Below are positions 1 to 9,416 of a stretch of 64,000 bases of DNA, piece by piece. The position numbers and the translations under genes are program-made. Each line of letters starts with the position of its first letter. The stretch's first letter is position 1. The notes beneath the pieces were generated by a model. It did not search any database, was not told the origin of the DNA, and worked only from the letters and a program-made list of their open reading frames with translations. Source of the DNA: an uncultured Ignavibacteriaceae bacterium (lineage in GTDB: Bacteria > Bacteroidota > Ignavibacteria > UBA10030); contig CAYYOV010000009.1 in the NCBI GenBank assembly GCA_964473365.1, positions 7,630 to 71,629 on the forward strand, in the 5' to 3' direction.

Positions 1-547
1 CACGCGCATACGAGGCGATCTTCCGATCGACACCCGCCCGATCCGGTATGGCAGCGGGGCCGATGGCGATGACGTGGCTCCCGATGAACAGGCCGACATC
101 CTCCAGAAACTTGCGGACGACCGTCGCGCACGCGACACGGACCGCCGTTTCGCGCGCGCTCGCCCGTTCGATGACGTTCCGCAGATCGTCATGACGATAT
201 TTTACCGCGCCTACATAGTCGGCGTGCCCAGGGCGTGGAATAAGAACCGGCTCGACGCCAGCACCGTCGCCTTCAACGGCCAACACGTTGAGCCAATGCT
301 CATGATCGATGTTCTCGATCTGGAGCGCGACCGGGGCTCCCGTTGTCCTGCCAAATCGCACGCCGGCGACGATCTCCACTTTGTCCTTTTCGATGCGCAT
401 GCGTCCGCCTCGACCATACCCCTGCTGTCGCCGATGGAGTTGGTGGTCGATGTAGCTTTTGGCGATCTCGATCCCAGCCGGCAAACCTTCAATGATGCCG
501 GTGAGGAGGCGGCCGTGCGATTCTCCGGCAGTCAAAATGCGTATCAT
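1..547 (-). CDS. aroC: Chorismate synthase (5' part; runs off window start)
   Basis: Not in the ORF track because it has no stop in the window. Manual translation from ATG at 547 gives MIRILTAGESHGRLLTGIIEGLPAG…RRQQGYGRGGRM…PRPGHAD…NVIERASARETAVRVA, the chorismate synthase signature motifs. Confidence 0.96.
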   Translation of the reverse strand, partial: MIRILTAGESHGRLLTGIIEGLPAGIEIAKSYIDHQLHRRQQGYGRGGRMRIEKDKVEIVAGVRFGRTTGAPVALQIENIDHEHWLNVLAVEGDGAGVEPVLIPRPGHADYVGAVKYRHDDLRNVIERASARETAVRVACATVVRKFLEDVGLFIGSHVIAIGPAAIPDRAGVDRKIASYAR

Positions 548-652
548 TCGTCGCGTCTCCTTCACGTCGTCCGACAGCCGTGGGCCCGTCCCACGGTCGT
601 TTCATACGTAACATACCCCGAAATCGAAGCAGTGGCAATATCGCGAAAAATG

Positions 653-684
653 AAAAGGCGCCCCGGTTCTACACCGGAGCGCCT
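653..684 (-). terminator. Rho-independent terminator downstream of htrA/degP
   Basis: Hairpin AGGCGC-C-CCGGT-tctac-ACCGG-A-GCGCCT. The C/A mismatch is a G-U pair on the minus strand, and TTTT follows on that strand. Confidence 0.75.
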
Positions 685-735
685 CTAGTGGATCGATCCT
701 GCCGATCTGCTTCTTCGGCAGTACGTCGAAATGCG

Positions 736-2274
736 TTACCGAGGTTTTTCGACTGCCACGAATCGTACCCGCTTATCAGCACCCTTGACGCGGAGCATGA
801 CAGCATCACCTTCCTTCAGGCGGTCGACCTCCTCCTTGAATTCGCCGGGAGTCTGAACCGCGCGCTCACCCACCGACACGATGACATCCCCCTTCACGAG
901 TCCCCGCGTGTTCGCCGGGCCGAATGGCTCAACCTCATCGATCAGAACTCCACGTTCAACATCGTTCGCCTTCCGTGTCCGTTCGTCCAGCCCCTTGACG
1001 GTCAGACCCAGGGATGCGATCTGCTCCGTCGTCGATTTGCTCGACGAGCGATCAGGCTTGCGTTCCGCCGGCGAGTCGCTCACGGCGACCGTCGACTCTT
1101 CATCGTCACGCGGCTTCAGCGTCACCTTCTTGTCGATCGTCTTCTTGTTCCGGTATACCTTCAGAGCGACCGTCTCTCCCGGATAATGACTGGCAACGAC
1201 ACTTTGGAGCGCATTCGCCGTGTTGACCTCCACCCCGTCGACCGACAGGATGATATCCCCGAGCTGGAGTCCGGACTCCTCCCCTGCGCTGTTCTTGTTG
1301 ATCCCCTGCACGATGACACCTTGCGCCTTGTCGAGACCAGCCGCTTTGGCCGTCACCGCATCGACGTTCTGGATCTGCACGCCGATGAAGCCACGCCGCA
1401 CCTTTCCGAACTTAATGAGGTCCGTCGCCACCTTGCGTGCGAGGTTGATCGGGATCGCAAAACTATATCCCTGGTAGCGCGCGTTGGTGGTGGCAATGGC
1501 GGTATTGATCCCGATCACCGTGCCGTTCACGTCGACGAGCGCACCACCGCTGTTGCCCGGATTGACCGCGGCGTCCGTCTGAATGAAGTTCTCGATGCCG
1601 TAGCCCGTGTTCTGGTCGTCAATGATCCGTATCTGGCGTCCAAGCGCACTCACGATCCCCTGCGTCATGGTGGACGAGAGGCCGAGCGGATTACCGAACG
1701 CGAAGACGATGTGACCAACTTCGACCTGGTCGGAATTGCCGAGCGCTGCGACCGGCAGGTCACGCGCCTCCACCTTGATGACGGCAAGGTCTGTATAGGG
1801 GTCGGTACCCACAAGGCGGGCCTGGAACTCGCGCGTGTCCAGCAATCGGACGGTGATGCCGTTCGAGGCCGCGTTCTCCACGACGTGATTGTTCGTCAGG
1901 ACGTACCCGTCGGGTGTGAGAATGATCCCTGATCCTGCTCCAAGCTCTGGGCCCCGGCGCGGCATACGGAAGTCCGGACCGAAGAACCGATGAAAGAACT
2001 GACCACCGTCATCTTCGCCTTGCTTGGCGTCGGGATCCGTCTTCACGGTAATGTAGACGACGGTCGGGTTAACGTTTCGGGCAACTTCCTGGAAGGCATC
2101 ATTCAGCGCTTTCAACGTCGGGTTGGCCTTTGAAGGCGCCTTCTGGCTGCCGATCGAAACATCCTGCACAGCGAACGAAACCCCGACTCCTTTGAGGCCG
2201 GAGACGAGGATGACACCAAAGACGATCCCGAGCGACACGAGAACGACCGCCAGGATCACAGAGCGGGTCGACAT
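736..2274 (-). CDS. htrA: Do/HtrA (DegP/DegQ) family serine endopeptidase with two PDZ domains
   Basis: N-terminal membrane anchor, GSGIIL, TNNHVV (His), DLAVIK (Asp), IQTDAAVNPGNSGGAL (Ser), and two PDZ-like C-terminal regions. Confidence 0.95.
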   Translation of the reverse strand: MSTRSVILAVVLVSLGIVFGVILVSGLKGVGVSFAVQDVSIGSQKAPSKANPTLKALNDAFQEVARNVNPTVVYITVKTDPDAKQGEDDGGQFFHRFFGPDFRMPRRGPELGAGSGIILTPDGYVLTNNHVVENAASNGITVRLLDTREFQARLVGTDPYTDLAVIKVEARDLPVAALGNSDQVEVGHIVFAFGNPLGLSSTMTQGIVSALGRQIRIIDDQNTGYGIENFIQTDAAVNPGNSGGALVDVNGTVIGINTAIATTNARYQGYSFAIPINLARKVATDLIKFGKVRRGFIGVQIQNVDAVTAKAAGLDKAQGVIVQGINKNSAGEESGLQLGDIILSVDGVEVNTANALQSVVASHYPGETVALKVYRNKKTIDKKVTLKPRDDEESTVAVSDSPAERKPDRSSSKSTTEQIASLGLTVKGLDERTRKANDVERGVLIDEVEPFGPANTRGLVKGDVIVSVGERAVQTPGEFKEEVDRLKEGDAVMLRVKGADKRVRFVAVEKPR

Positions 2275-2284
2275 ACTAACCTCC

Positions 2285-3094
2285 TTAATGAGAGCTGATC
2301 ACTTCACGCACCAGGTCGGACGTCCGAAGGGGCGTCCGTTGTTCCAAGTGGAACCGTTCATATAAACGCAGCACTGTTTCCATTTCGTTCCGCAATTCGC
2401 CAGAGACCGGTCGGTCGGCGGCCGACCCGAGAGGGTCTGCCTGAAGCCGTCGCAATGCAGCGAGCGATTCCGTCGAAATCAGCGTCTCGGACCAGTCCTC
2501 GCGGCCGGTTGACCTAAGCGGCATAATGATCAACTCGTCCTCGCAGGTCGAGCAGAGTGGTCCGCCCTTCCGGACATGGTAGCGGAGACGCGTGGGCTTC
2601 GGCGAAAGCACGGACCGTCCACAGCGGATACACTGGGCAAATGACGGACCGAAGCCAAGGGCTCCGATCGTCTTCCAACGGAATGCGATCAGGAGGTCAG
2701 CCAGACCCTCGTCCTGCCGGTCCGCAGCCCTCAGACCAGCGGCAAGAAGCTCATACAGCTCCGGGTGGGCTTCGCCAGGATGTGTCAGCACGTTGACCAC
2801 CTCGACCATCTGGAGCATCGCTGTAGTCGCCGCCAACGAACCCGAAATCCGTCGGTAGCGTTCGATCAGGTCTGCCTGGGCCAGCGTTTGGACCTCACGA
2901 GACGCTCGTGAGTGGTAGACCGCGACGATGTGCGCACCTGGCTCAAGCGAGGAACCGAAACGAGCCTTTCCTGCCCGGGCCCCCTTTGCCACAACGGCCA
3001 CCTTGCCGTGATCCTTCGTATAGAAGGTGACGATCTTGCTGGTCTCGCCGTACCGTATTGCCCGAAGGACAACTGCCGGAGTTTTGACGATCAT
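2285..3094 (-). CDS. recO: DNA repair protein RecO
   Basis: VLRAIRYGETSKIVTFYTKDHGK N-terminus and a CxxC…CxxC zinc finger (CIRC…CSTC). ATGA overlap with the mtnA stop. Confidence 0.93.
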   Translation of the reverse strand: MIVKTPAVVLRAIRYGETSKIVTFYTKDHGKVAVVAKGARAGKARFGSSLEPGAHIVAVYHSRASREVQTLAQADLIERYRRISGSLAATTAMLQMVEVVNVLTHPGEAHPELYELLAAGLRAADRQDEGLADLLIAFRWKTIGALGFGPSFAQCIRCGRSVLSPKPTRLRYHVRKGGPLCSTCEDELIIMPLRSTGREDWSETLISTESLAALRRLQADPLGSAADRPVSGELRNEMETVLRLYERFHLEQRTPLRTSDLVREVISSH

Positions 3095-4125
3095 ACGCCG
3101 CTTCCGGTTCCCGGTTGCGCCCCGGATGCGCCCTGGAATGGAGCCTTCAGGACGCCCCGATCGGTGACGATGGCGGTCACCAGCTCGTAGGGGGTGACAT
3201 CAAACGCAGGATTGTATGCTTTGGCCCCTGCGGCCGCCGTCGCCGTCCCGGCGATTGTCAAGACTTCCTCGGGTTGGCGTTCTTCTATCGGGATCGATGC
3301 GCCATCCGGGGTTTGCGGGTCAATGGTGGAGCCCGGTGCAGCCACAATGAACGGGATCCTGTGGGCTTTGGCCAGCACTGCAAGCCCATATGTGCCCACC
3401 TTATTGGCGACGTCTCCATTGCGCGCGATCCGGTCGGCCCCGACGACCACAGCCTGGACCTTCTGCTGGCGCATCAGCACGGCAGCGGTCGAATCCGAGA
3501 TCACCGTGAATGGGATCCCGAGCTGCATCAATTCCCACGAGGTCAATCGTGCACCCTGTAACAACGGGCGCGTCTCGTCAACATACACGTGTTGGCACCG
3601 TCCACCTTCCCAAGCTCTTCGAATGATCCCCAGGGCTGTCCCGATGCCGCCGGTCGCAAGACTGCCCGTATTACAATGCGTGAGGATCCCGGATCGAGGG
3701 GCGATCAACGGTTGCCCGAATTCCGCGATGCGCTCACAGGCCATTCGATCTTCGTTGTGGACCGCCAGTGCCGTTGCTTCAAGGAGGTCCGCGTCGGCCC
3801 GCGTCACAAGCCCTTCTGCCCGAACTGCCTGGCGCATTCGTGCGATCGCCCATGCTAAATTGACCGCGGTCGGCCTGGCTTGGGCGATGGCCTCCCACTG
3901 ACGAAGTACAAGGTCCCACGGCTTTCCGACATGCCGTTTGGCCGAGAGCACGGCGGCATATGCCCCCGCGATGCCGATGAGCGGCGCCCCGCGTATTGCG
4001 AGCACCTGGATAGCTCCGATCAACACGGCCGGATCGTCGGTCTCAACCGTCACGACATCCTGCGGGAGTCGCGTCTGGTCGAGAAACACTACACCACCCT
4101 CACGCCATGTGATGGGCTCGGTCAT
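3091..4125 (-). CDS. mtnA: S-methyl-5-thioribose-1-phosphate isomerase
   Basis: LDQTRLP, IRGAPLIG, RPTAVNL, LTHCNTGSLATGG, ETRPLLQGARLT, GADRIARNGDVANKVGTY, YNPAFDVTP. Start uncertain: the ORF track extends to a TTG at 4230. Confidence 0.93.
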   Translation of the reverse strand: MTEPITWREGGVVFLDQTRLPQDVVTVETDDPAVLIGAIQVLAIRGAPLIGIAGAYAAVLSAKRHVGKPWDLVLRQWEAIAQARPTAVNLAWAIARMRQAVRAEGLVTRADADLLEATALAVHNEDRMACERIAEFGQPLIAPRSGILTHCNTGSLATGGIGTALGIIRRAWEGGRCQHVYVDETRPLLQGARLTSWELMQLGIPFTVISDSTAAVLMRQQKVQAVVVGADRIARNGDVANKVGTYGLAVLAKAHRIPFIVAAPGSTIDPQTPDGASIPIEERQPEEVLTIAGTATAAAGAKAYNPAFDVTPYELVTAIVTDRGVLKAPFQGASGAQPGTGSGV

Positions 4126-4226
4126 TGTGACACGTGCCAGGATTGACGTTGAATGTGAAACGGCCATCCCCCGCAGCATCCGGTGAACGGCCGGTTCTGG
4201 AATGACGCCGAGGCGTCGAACGCTGG

Positions 4227-5141
4227 TCAAGCCTCGTCAAATCGCGACAAGTCCATAAAGGCCCGGAATCGGTCCTGGATCTTGAGCGGAGAGAGATCGC
4301 GAAGGCCCTCGACGCTGAAACGCTCAACACAGAACGAAGCGAGCGTACTGCCATAGATGACGGCACGTTTGAGGTTTGCGTCCGACAGGTCCTCAGTCTT
4401 TGCCAACCATCCGATGAAGCCACCCGCAAACGAGTCACCCGCCCCGGTCGGGTCGTACAAGTTCTCGAGCGGATATGCTGGCGCGGAAAAGATCGTCTCT
4501 TCGGTGACGAGGAGCGCACCGTGCTCGCCCTTCTTGATGATGACGATACGAGGACCCATCCCACGGATCACGCGCGCCGCCTTCGTCAAGTTGGGTTCGC
4601 GCGTGAGCAATCGTGCCTCTGAGTCGTTGAGAATCAGAACATCGATCACTTTCAGGGTCTCGACAAGTTCCTTCGGCGTCGATTCGATCCAGTAGTTCAT
4701 CGTATCGCCGACCACGAGGCGAGGCTTGCTGATCTGGTCGAGGACCTTTCTCTGCAGCACCGGATGGATGTTCCCAAGGCACACATAGGCGCTCCGTCGA
4801 TATGCATCGGGGATCTTCGGGTCGAACGCGCTGAAGACGTTCAACTCGGTCAAGAGCGTGTCGCGATTGTTCAGGTCGTAATGGTACCGACCCGCCCAAC
4901 GAAACGTCCGCCCTTCCTTCACCACCTGCAGTCCGTCAAGGTCGATCCCGCGCTCTTCGAGAAAGTCCATGTGTTCCTGCGGAAAATCTCCGCCCACAAC
5001 TCCGACGCACCGGATCGGCTTCGTGAAATAGCTTGCCGCGGTCGAAATGTATACGGCGGATCCGCCGAGCGCATTCTCAACGCGACCGAAGGGGGTCTCG
5101 ACCGAATCCAACGCTACGGAACCGACAACCAGAAGGCTCAC
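4227..5141 (-). CDS. PfkB family carbohydrate/nucleoside kinase
   Basis: GSVALD…LGGSAVY N-terminal motif and C-terminal DPTGAGDSFAGG. Likely GTG start at 5141 after an AAAGGA RBS. Confidence 0.92.
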   Translation of the reverse strand: MSLLVVGSVALDSVETPFGRVENALGGSAVYISTAASYFTKPIRCVGVVGGDFPQEHMDFLEERGIDLDGLQVVKEGRTFRWAGRYHYDLNNRDTLLTELNVFSAFDPKIPDAYRRSAYVCLGNIHPVLQRKVLDQISKPRLVVGDTMNYWIESTPKELVETLKVIDVLILNDSEARLLTREPNLTKAARVIRGMGPRIVIIKKGEHGALLVTEETIFSAPAYPLENLYDPTGAGDSFAGGFIGWLAKTEDLSDANLKRAVIYGSTLASFCVERFSVEGLRDLSPLKIQDRFRAFMDLSRFDEA

Positions 5142-5160
5142 AGGCATTCCTTTCAAATAT

Positions 5161-5631
5161 TCATGCTTCGGGCAGCCGCGTGCGCTCGGCCAGTTCCGGG
5201 TGTCTCAACAATTCCAGTTCGACGTAGTTGACGAGAGTCCGATTCGCAGGCCACAACACGCTGCGACGCGCATCATCCGGAGGCATCCATCGTGCAGCCT
5301 GATGTTCTGAGGAGAGCGCCACTTCCGTCGACGGATCGACCTGAGCAACGAATTGCGGCGTGACAAAGACCGTATCCGTCGATGCTCCATAGAAGGCGTT
5401 GATCCCCGGAACGACCCAAAGAACGCTCGCTTTCAAACCCGTCTCCTCCAGCATCTCACGCCGGGCGGCCTCAAGAGCCGTCTCCCCATCGCGGACCTTG
5501 CCGGTCACGAACTGCCACATCCCCGGGTAGAGCCGCTCCGTCGTCGACCGTTGCAGCACCAGGATCTCGGTTTGGTGACCATGCTGACGGAAGACAATGA
5601 CTTCGACAAATGACGATGCGATCGGGGGCAT
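5161..5631 (-). CDS. NUDIX hydrolase (NudB/dihydroneopterin triphosphate or dATP pyrophosphohydrolase-like)
   Basis: Nudix box GKVRDGETALEAARREMLEETG, plus WQFVTG and LSSEHQAARW. Start trimmed to MPPIAS at 5631. Confidence 0.9.
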   Translation of the reverse strand: MPPIASSFVEVIVFRQHGHQTEILVLQRSTTERLYPGMWQFVTGKVRDGETALEAARREMLEETGLKASVLWVVPGINAFYGASTDTVFVTPQFVAQVDPSTEVALSSEHQAARWMPPDDARRSVLWPANRTLVNYVELELLRHPELAERTRLPEA

Positions 5632-5709
5632 GGGCCAAGGGGCGCACGTTGACACGCGAACGCCGTTGCGCCCAGCGGGATGAGACGGTCTGAGCCAACG
5701 GCGGCCATT

Positions 5710-5739
5710 AAGATAGCACGAAAAACGCGCCGAATCCAA
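5710..5739 (-). promoter_or_regulatory. Putative sigma70 promoter upstream of the NUDIX gene
   Basis: Minus strand TTGGAT-18 nt-TATCTT with an extended -10 TG (TGcTATCTT), in the 120-bp intergenic gap. Confidence 0.45.
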
Positions 5740-5752
5740 TGGGAGAGGACGC

Positions 5753-6700
5753 CTAGACGTCGGCGACTGTCGGGATGCCGAACAGCGGCTCGGCGGAACG
5801 AACGGCATTGCGCACAGCCTCGGCGACCAATTGCGCACCGCACTCGGCGATGAGGTCCAGGTCCGCCTGTTCTGACCCGAACGACGCGGCGAACGTCACG
5901 TCGCCGTCGAACGACGTGTGGACAGGCACGATCGTCCGCGCGAGGCCGTCATGCATCCGCTGTGAGATACGCAGACATTCCACTTTTGTCAGGCGGGCGT
6001 TGGTCATGAGCACAGCGAGCGTGGTATTGGTCCGATCCAGCACTCGACCGCGCGCAAACGGACGGATCGGTGCACGCCGGACTGCCCATGTTCCGTCGGC
6101 CTCACGCGCTCCTGCCAGGATGCTCCCTTGTTCGTCGAGGACGTCTCCGACGGCATTGACCACGGCGATCACGTGCACTACAATGGTGCCGTGACGCCAC
6201 TCGGCTGCGCCGAACCCACCCTTCATCTTTCCTTCGAGACCGTTCCACTTGCCGACCGTCGCACCCGTACCTGCTCCGATGGACCCCTGCATTGTGATGC
6301 TCGGTACGGCAGCATCACACGCCGCTCTTCCCTGCTCCGGCCCGGGCCGGACCTCCCACGACCCGACGTTCAGGTCGAAGATCACGGCAGACGGGACGAT
6401 CGGGACCACTCCCCACGGCGTCCGATAGCCGACCCCCCGCTCTTCGAGCCAGCGCATCACGCCGTCCGCTGCGGCAAGACCGTAGGCACTGCCTCCTGTG
6501 AGCAGGATCGCTTGGACCTGGTCCATCTTCTTGTCCACGGACAGAAGGGCCAATTCGCGGGAACCAGGCGAACTTCCCCGTACTTCGGCGCTAGCCATCG
6601 TACCCTGCGGGCAGAGCACGACGGTGCACCCGGTGCCGTTCACGACATCCGTCCAATGACCCACTCGAAATCCATCGATCAGTCGGATCTCCTCAGGCAT
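5753..6700 (-). CDS. P1 family peptidase (DmpA-like, peptidase S58)
   Basis: GFRVGHWTD…GCTVVLCP, GSSPGSRE, LTGGSAYGLAAADGV, GAGTGAT, NTTLAV, DGDVTFA. Likely start at 6700, overlapping the upstream stop. Confidence 0.9.
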   Translation of the reverse strand: MPEEIRLIDGFRVGHWTDVVNGTGCTVVLCPQGTMASAEVRGSSPGSRELALLSVDKKMDQVQAILLTGGSAYGLAAADGVMRWLEERGVGYRTPWGVVPIVPSAVIFDLNVGSWEVRPGPEQGRAACDAAVPSITMQGSIGAGTGATVGKWNGLEGKMKGGFGAAEWRHGTIVVHVIAVVNAVGDVLDEQGSILAGAREADGTWAVRRAPIRPFARGRVLDRTNTTLAVLMTNARLTKVECLRISQRMHDGLARTIVPVHTSFDGDVTFAASFGSEQADLDLIAECGAQLVAEAVRNAVRSAEPLFGIPTVADV

Positions 6701-7496
6701 GGCGCTGTCCGGCAAGAGATGAGAGAAGGATCGCTCCGGCTGCGGCGACGTTCAAGGACTCGGCGCGGCCCGTGCGAGGGATCGAGACCTGTTCGGTCGC
6801 GACCATGCGAACAGCTGCGGATACTCCGTGGGCCTCGCTGCCGAGCACAATGGCGACTCGACCGCGCGGGACCCAATCAGGCCATGTTCCTCCTTCCACC
6901 TCAGCCGTGACGAGCGTGATCCCTCGGGATGCGATGTTCCGACACGCCGCCGCAAGATCCTCCACTTCGATGGTAAGAAGATGGAAGAGCGAGCCCATGG
7001 TCGAGCGCAGGACCTTGGCATTCTCAACCGAAGCACATCCGGGTCCGAGGATGACTCCCGTGATCCCGAACCAGTCGGCCGTACGGATCAGTGTGCCGAC
7101 ATTGCCGGGGTCGGCAACGCCATCCAGGATCAAGAGGTCCCCCGAGGGCGGGAGTGCGTCCAATCCGACCGATGGGCGACTCGCGATCGCGACGATACCT
7201 TGATCCTCGCGGACGTCACTGACCGCCCGGAGGTCAGCCGCAGTACCCGACCGGACCTCGACCGAGCGTTCGGCACATCGGCGAAGTACGGCTGTGCCAT
7301 GGGGCGGAACGCGCTGAAGATCGACAACCACCGACCCAACGGTCCACGTCGATTGGAGCAGCTCATCCACCGCCTTCCATCCCTCGACCAAGACATGCCC
7401 TGATGCGAGGCGACCCTTGCGGGTCGTCAACGATCGCAATTGCTTCACCTCTCCTTTCGATAGAGGACGAGGTGCAGTGTGGCGTGAGGATGGCAT
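6693..7496 (-). CDS. TrmH/SpoU family RNA methyltransferase
   Basis: LILDGVADPGNVGTLIRTADWFG, VLGSEAHG, ESLNVAAAGAILL (SPOUT motifs). Start trimmed from 7685. Confidence 0.92.
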   Translation of the reverse strand: MPSSRHTAPRPLSKGEVKQLRSLTTRKGRLASGHVLVEGWKAVDELLQSTWTVGSVVVDLQRVPPHGTAVLRRCAERSVEVRSGTAADLRAVSDVREDQGIVAIASRPSVGLDALPPSGDLLILDGVADPGNVGTLIRTADWFGITGVILGPGCASVENAKVLRSTMGSLFHLLTIEVEDLAAACRNIASRGITLVTAEVEGGTWPDWVPRGRVAIVLGSEAHGVSAAVRMVATEQVSIPRTGRAESLNVAAAGAILLSSLAGQRHA

Positions 7497-7527
7497 GGAA
7501 ACTATCCAAGGAATGGAAGTCGTGGAG

Positions 7528-9411
7528 CTACCGAACAAGTACCATCTTCTTCGTGCTGACAAAATCGCGCACCTGCGTGTTGTCGATCGGGTGGGCCTCA
7601 AGCTTGAAAAGATAGACCCCGCTCGCGAGCAAGCCCGCATCGTACGTCGTTTCGTACTGTCCTGGCACGCGTTCGCCATTGACAATCGTGGTCACCCGCT
7701 CGCCCAGCATGGTGTACAACGAGATATCGACATGGCTCCGGTGCGTCAATGCGTATCGTATGATCGTCTGGCCACCGGTGGGATTCGAGGCCGGCTGCTC
7801 CAGTGTGAACATCCGAGGGCCCATCGACACGGCTTCGCGTGCCACGACTGGCACGATCGGAGCCACGAACAGGCGGAAGGATCCTGTGTCCGGACTCCAG
7901 GCCTCTGCGAATCCGTCGCTCACGCTCGTCGTCCACGAATACACTTGATCTAGCTCCAACCGTCCACGGATGAAGACCGCCATGCTTGTATCGAACACTC
8001 CGGCGATGCTCGTGTCGAACTCTCCACCCCATAGTCGGAGGGTGTAGCGCAAGGATTCGTCACCGTCGGGATCACGGGCCCCTCTCCAGTTCAGGTCAAT
8101 CATCCTGCCGAAGGCGATCCTCATGGTATCGCGTTTCCCTGCCAGAGTAGGATAGTACGGATCGCGGTTCCGATCGAGCACCGTGACGCGGAGTACCGCC
8201 TCTGCGCTTTGCACGGCGTCATTGGCCGACACCACGATGATGTAGTTCCCGGCCTGATCATAGGAAGGGACCCACCGGAGCACTCCCGCATCGTCGACCG
8301 ATACTCCCTCTGGCGCCAGCTCGATCTGGTAGCGAACGCCGTCGCCATCAGGGTCTTGGGCCTGGAGATCGACCACGAGGAGTTGCTGTTCGAATACGGC
8401 CGTATCACGCAGTGTCTGTGCAAACGCCGGCGGTCGGTCCGTAGGCTCCACCGTTACGGTGAACGGGTTCGAGGTGTCCGCCAGCGATCCGTCCGAGACG
8501 ACAACGTAGCATGAATACATGCCGGCTGCATCAAAGTCGGGCGTCCATTCGAAGGCCCCGTTCCTCGAAAAGAGACGGAATCGATATGACGTCTCGATCA
8601 GCGAGAAATTCAACGAGTCTCCGTCGGGATCATCAGACGGCAGTGCGATGGTAAGGGGACGACCTTCCGTGGTCTGCAGGTTCGGCGCCGAGCGTGTGAT
8701 GCGCGGCGGCCGGTTCACGTGCTCGACGCGCACCCTCCCCTTCCGCATCACGATCTCCTCCCGCGCGTCGCTGACCGCCACCTCCACGGGGTAGACGCCG
8801 GAGTCGTCGTACGTCGGGACATATGTGACATATCCGGTCAGCGGCTCGATCTGCGCGCCCGGTGGGCTTTGCATCAGCCGATACCGCAGCGTATCGCCAT
8901 CCTGATCGGTCGCCAGCACCCTCCACCGCAATTGTTGACGCTCCTTGATCGTGGTGTCGGGGAACGAACGACGGACCTGCGGGGCATGATTTCGAAACAA
9001 CAGGATGCGGGTCACGCTGGCCTCTTGAGGAGGACTTCCGCGATATACCAATGGCCCGCCGACGATCCTCGCTTCGAACGAATCACGACGCGAGAGGACC
9101 ACACGGAACGAAAGCGGCTCCCCGTCGATCAACGATTCCTCCAATCCGAGGCGGACGCCAAATTGCGACGGATTTGACCGGTAGTGGTTGACCGTTCGCA
9201 CGACCGTGCCGTCGTTGCGGAGCACCCGTACGACCGCTCCGTTCGGGACCGACGCGCCGTCGAGCTGAATGCTCCCTTCGATCACCATCCGCGGTAGCTG
9301 TCCCCGGCCCGAGACCATCACCAGGCAGAGCATGAGCACCGTCCGACGAAGCACGCGCTCGGGGCCGAGCCACCGGTATGGAAGACTGCGTATCACGGTC
9401 TTGACTGCCAT
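7528..9411 (-). CDS. T9SS type-A sorting domain protein with tandem cadherin/putative-Ig repeats
   Basis: Four repeats of the form (N/D)xxP…DT…ATD(Q/P)DGD.L.Y…P.G…G…W.P.(Y/F)D.AG.Y, an FnIII-like region, and C-terminal …SGVYLFKLEA…TKKMVLVR. Confidence 0.8.
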   Translation of the reverse strand: MAVKTVIRSLPYRWLGPERVLRRTVLMLCLVMVSGRGQLPRMVIEGSIQLDGASVPNGAVVRVLRNDGTVVRTVNHYRSNPSQFGVRLGLEESLIDGEPLSFRVVLSRRDSFEARIVGGPLVYRGSPPQEASVTRILLFRNHAPQVRRSFPDTTIKERQQLRWRVLATDQDGDTLRYRLMQSPPGAQIEPLTGYVTYVPTYDDSGVYPVEVAVSDAREEIVMRKGRVRVEHVNRPPRITRSAPNLQTTEGRPLTIALPSDDPDGDSLNFSLIETSYRFRLFSRNGAFEWTPDFDAAGMYSCYVVVSDGSLADTSNPFTVTVEPTDRPPAFAQTLRDTAVFEQQLLVVDLQAQDPDGDGVRYQIELAPEGVSVDDAGVLRWVPSYDQAGNYIIVVSANDAVQSAEAVLRVTVLDRNRDPYYPTLAGKRDTMRIAFGRMIDLNWRGARDPDGDESLRYTLRLWGGEFDTSIAGVFDTSMAVFIRGRLELDQVYSWTTSVSDGFAEAWSPDTGSFRLFVAPIVPVVAREAVSMGPRMFTLEQPASNPTGGQTIIRYALTHRSHVDISLYTMLGERVTTIVNGERVPGQYETTYDAGLLASGVYLFKLEAHPIDNTQVRDFVSTKKMVLVR

Positions 9412-9416
9412 CTGCC

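Noticed and set aside
74-688. 204-aa plus-strand ORF
   Set aside because: It is the antisense shadow of aroC, which is clearly recognisable on the minus strand (1..547).
580-1932. 450-aa plus-strand ORF
   Set aside because: Antisense to htrA with no recognisable motifs. Long shadow ORFs are expected in high-GC DNA.
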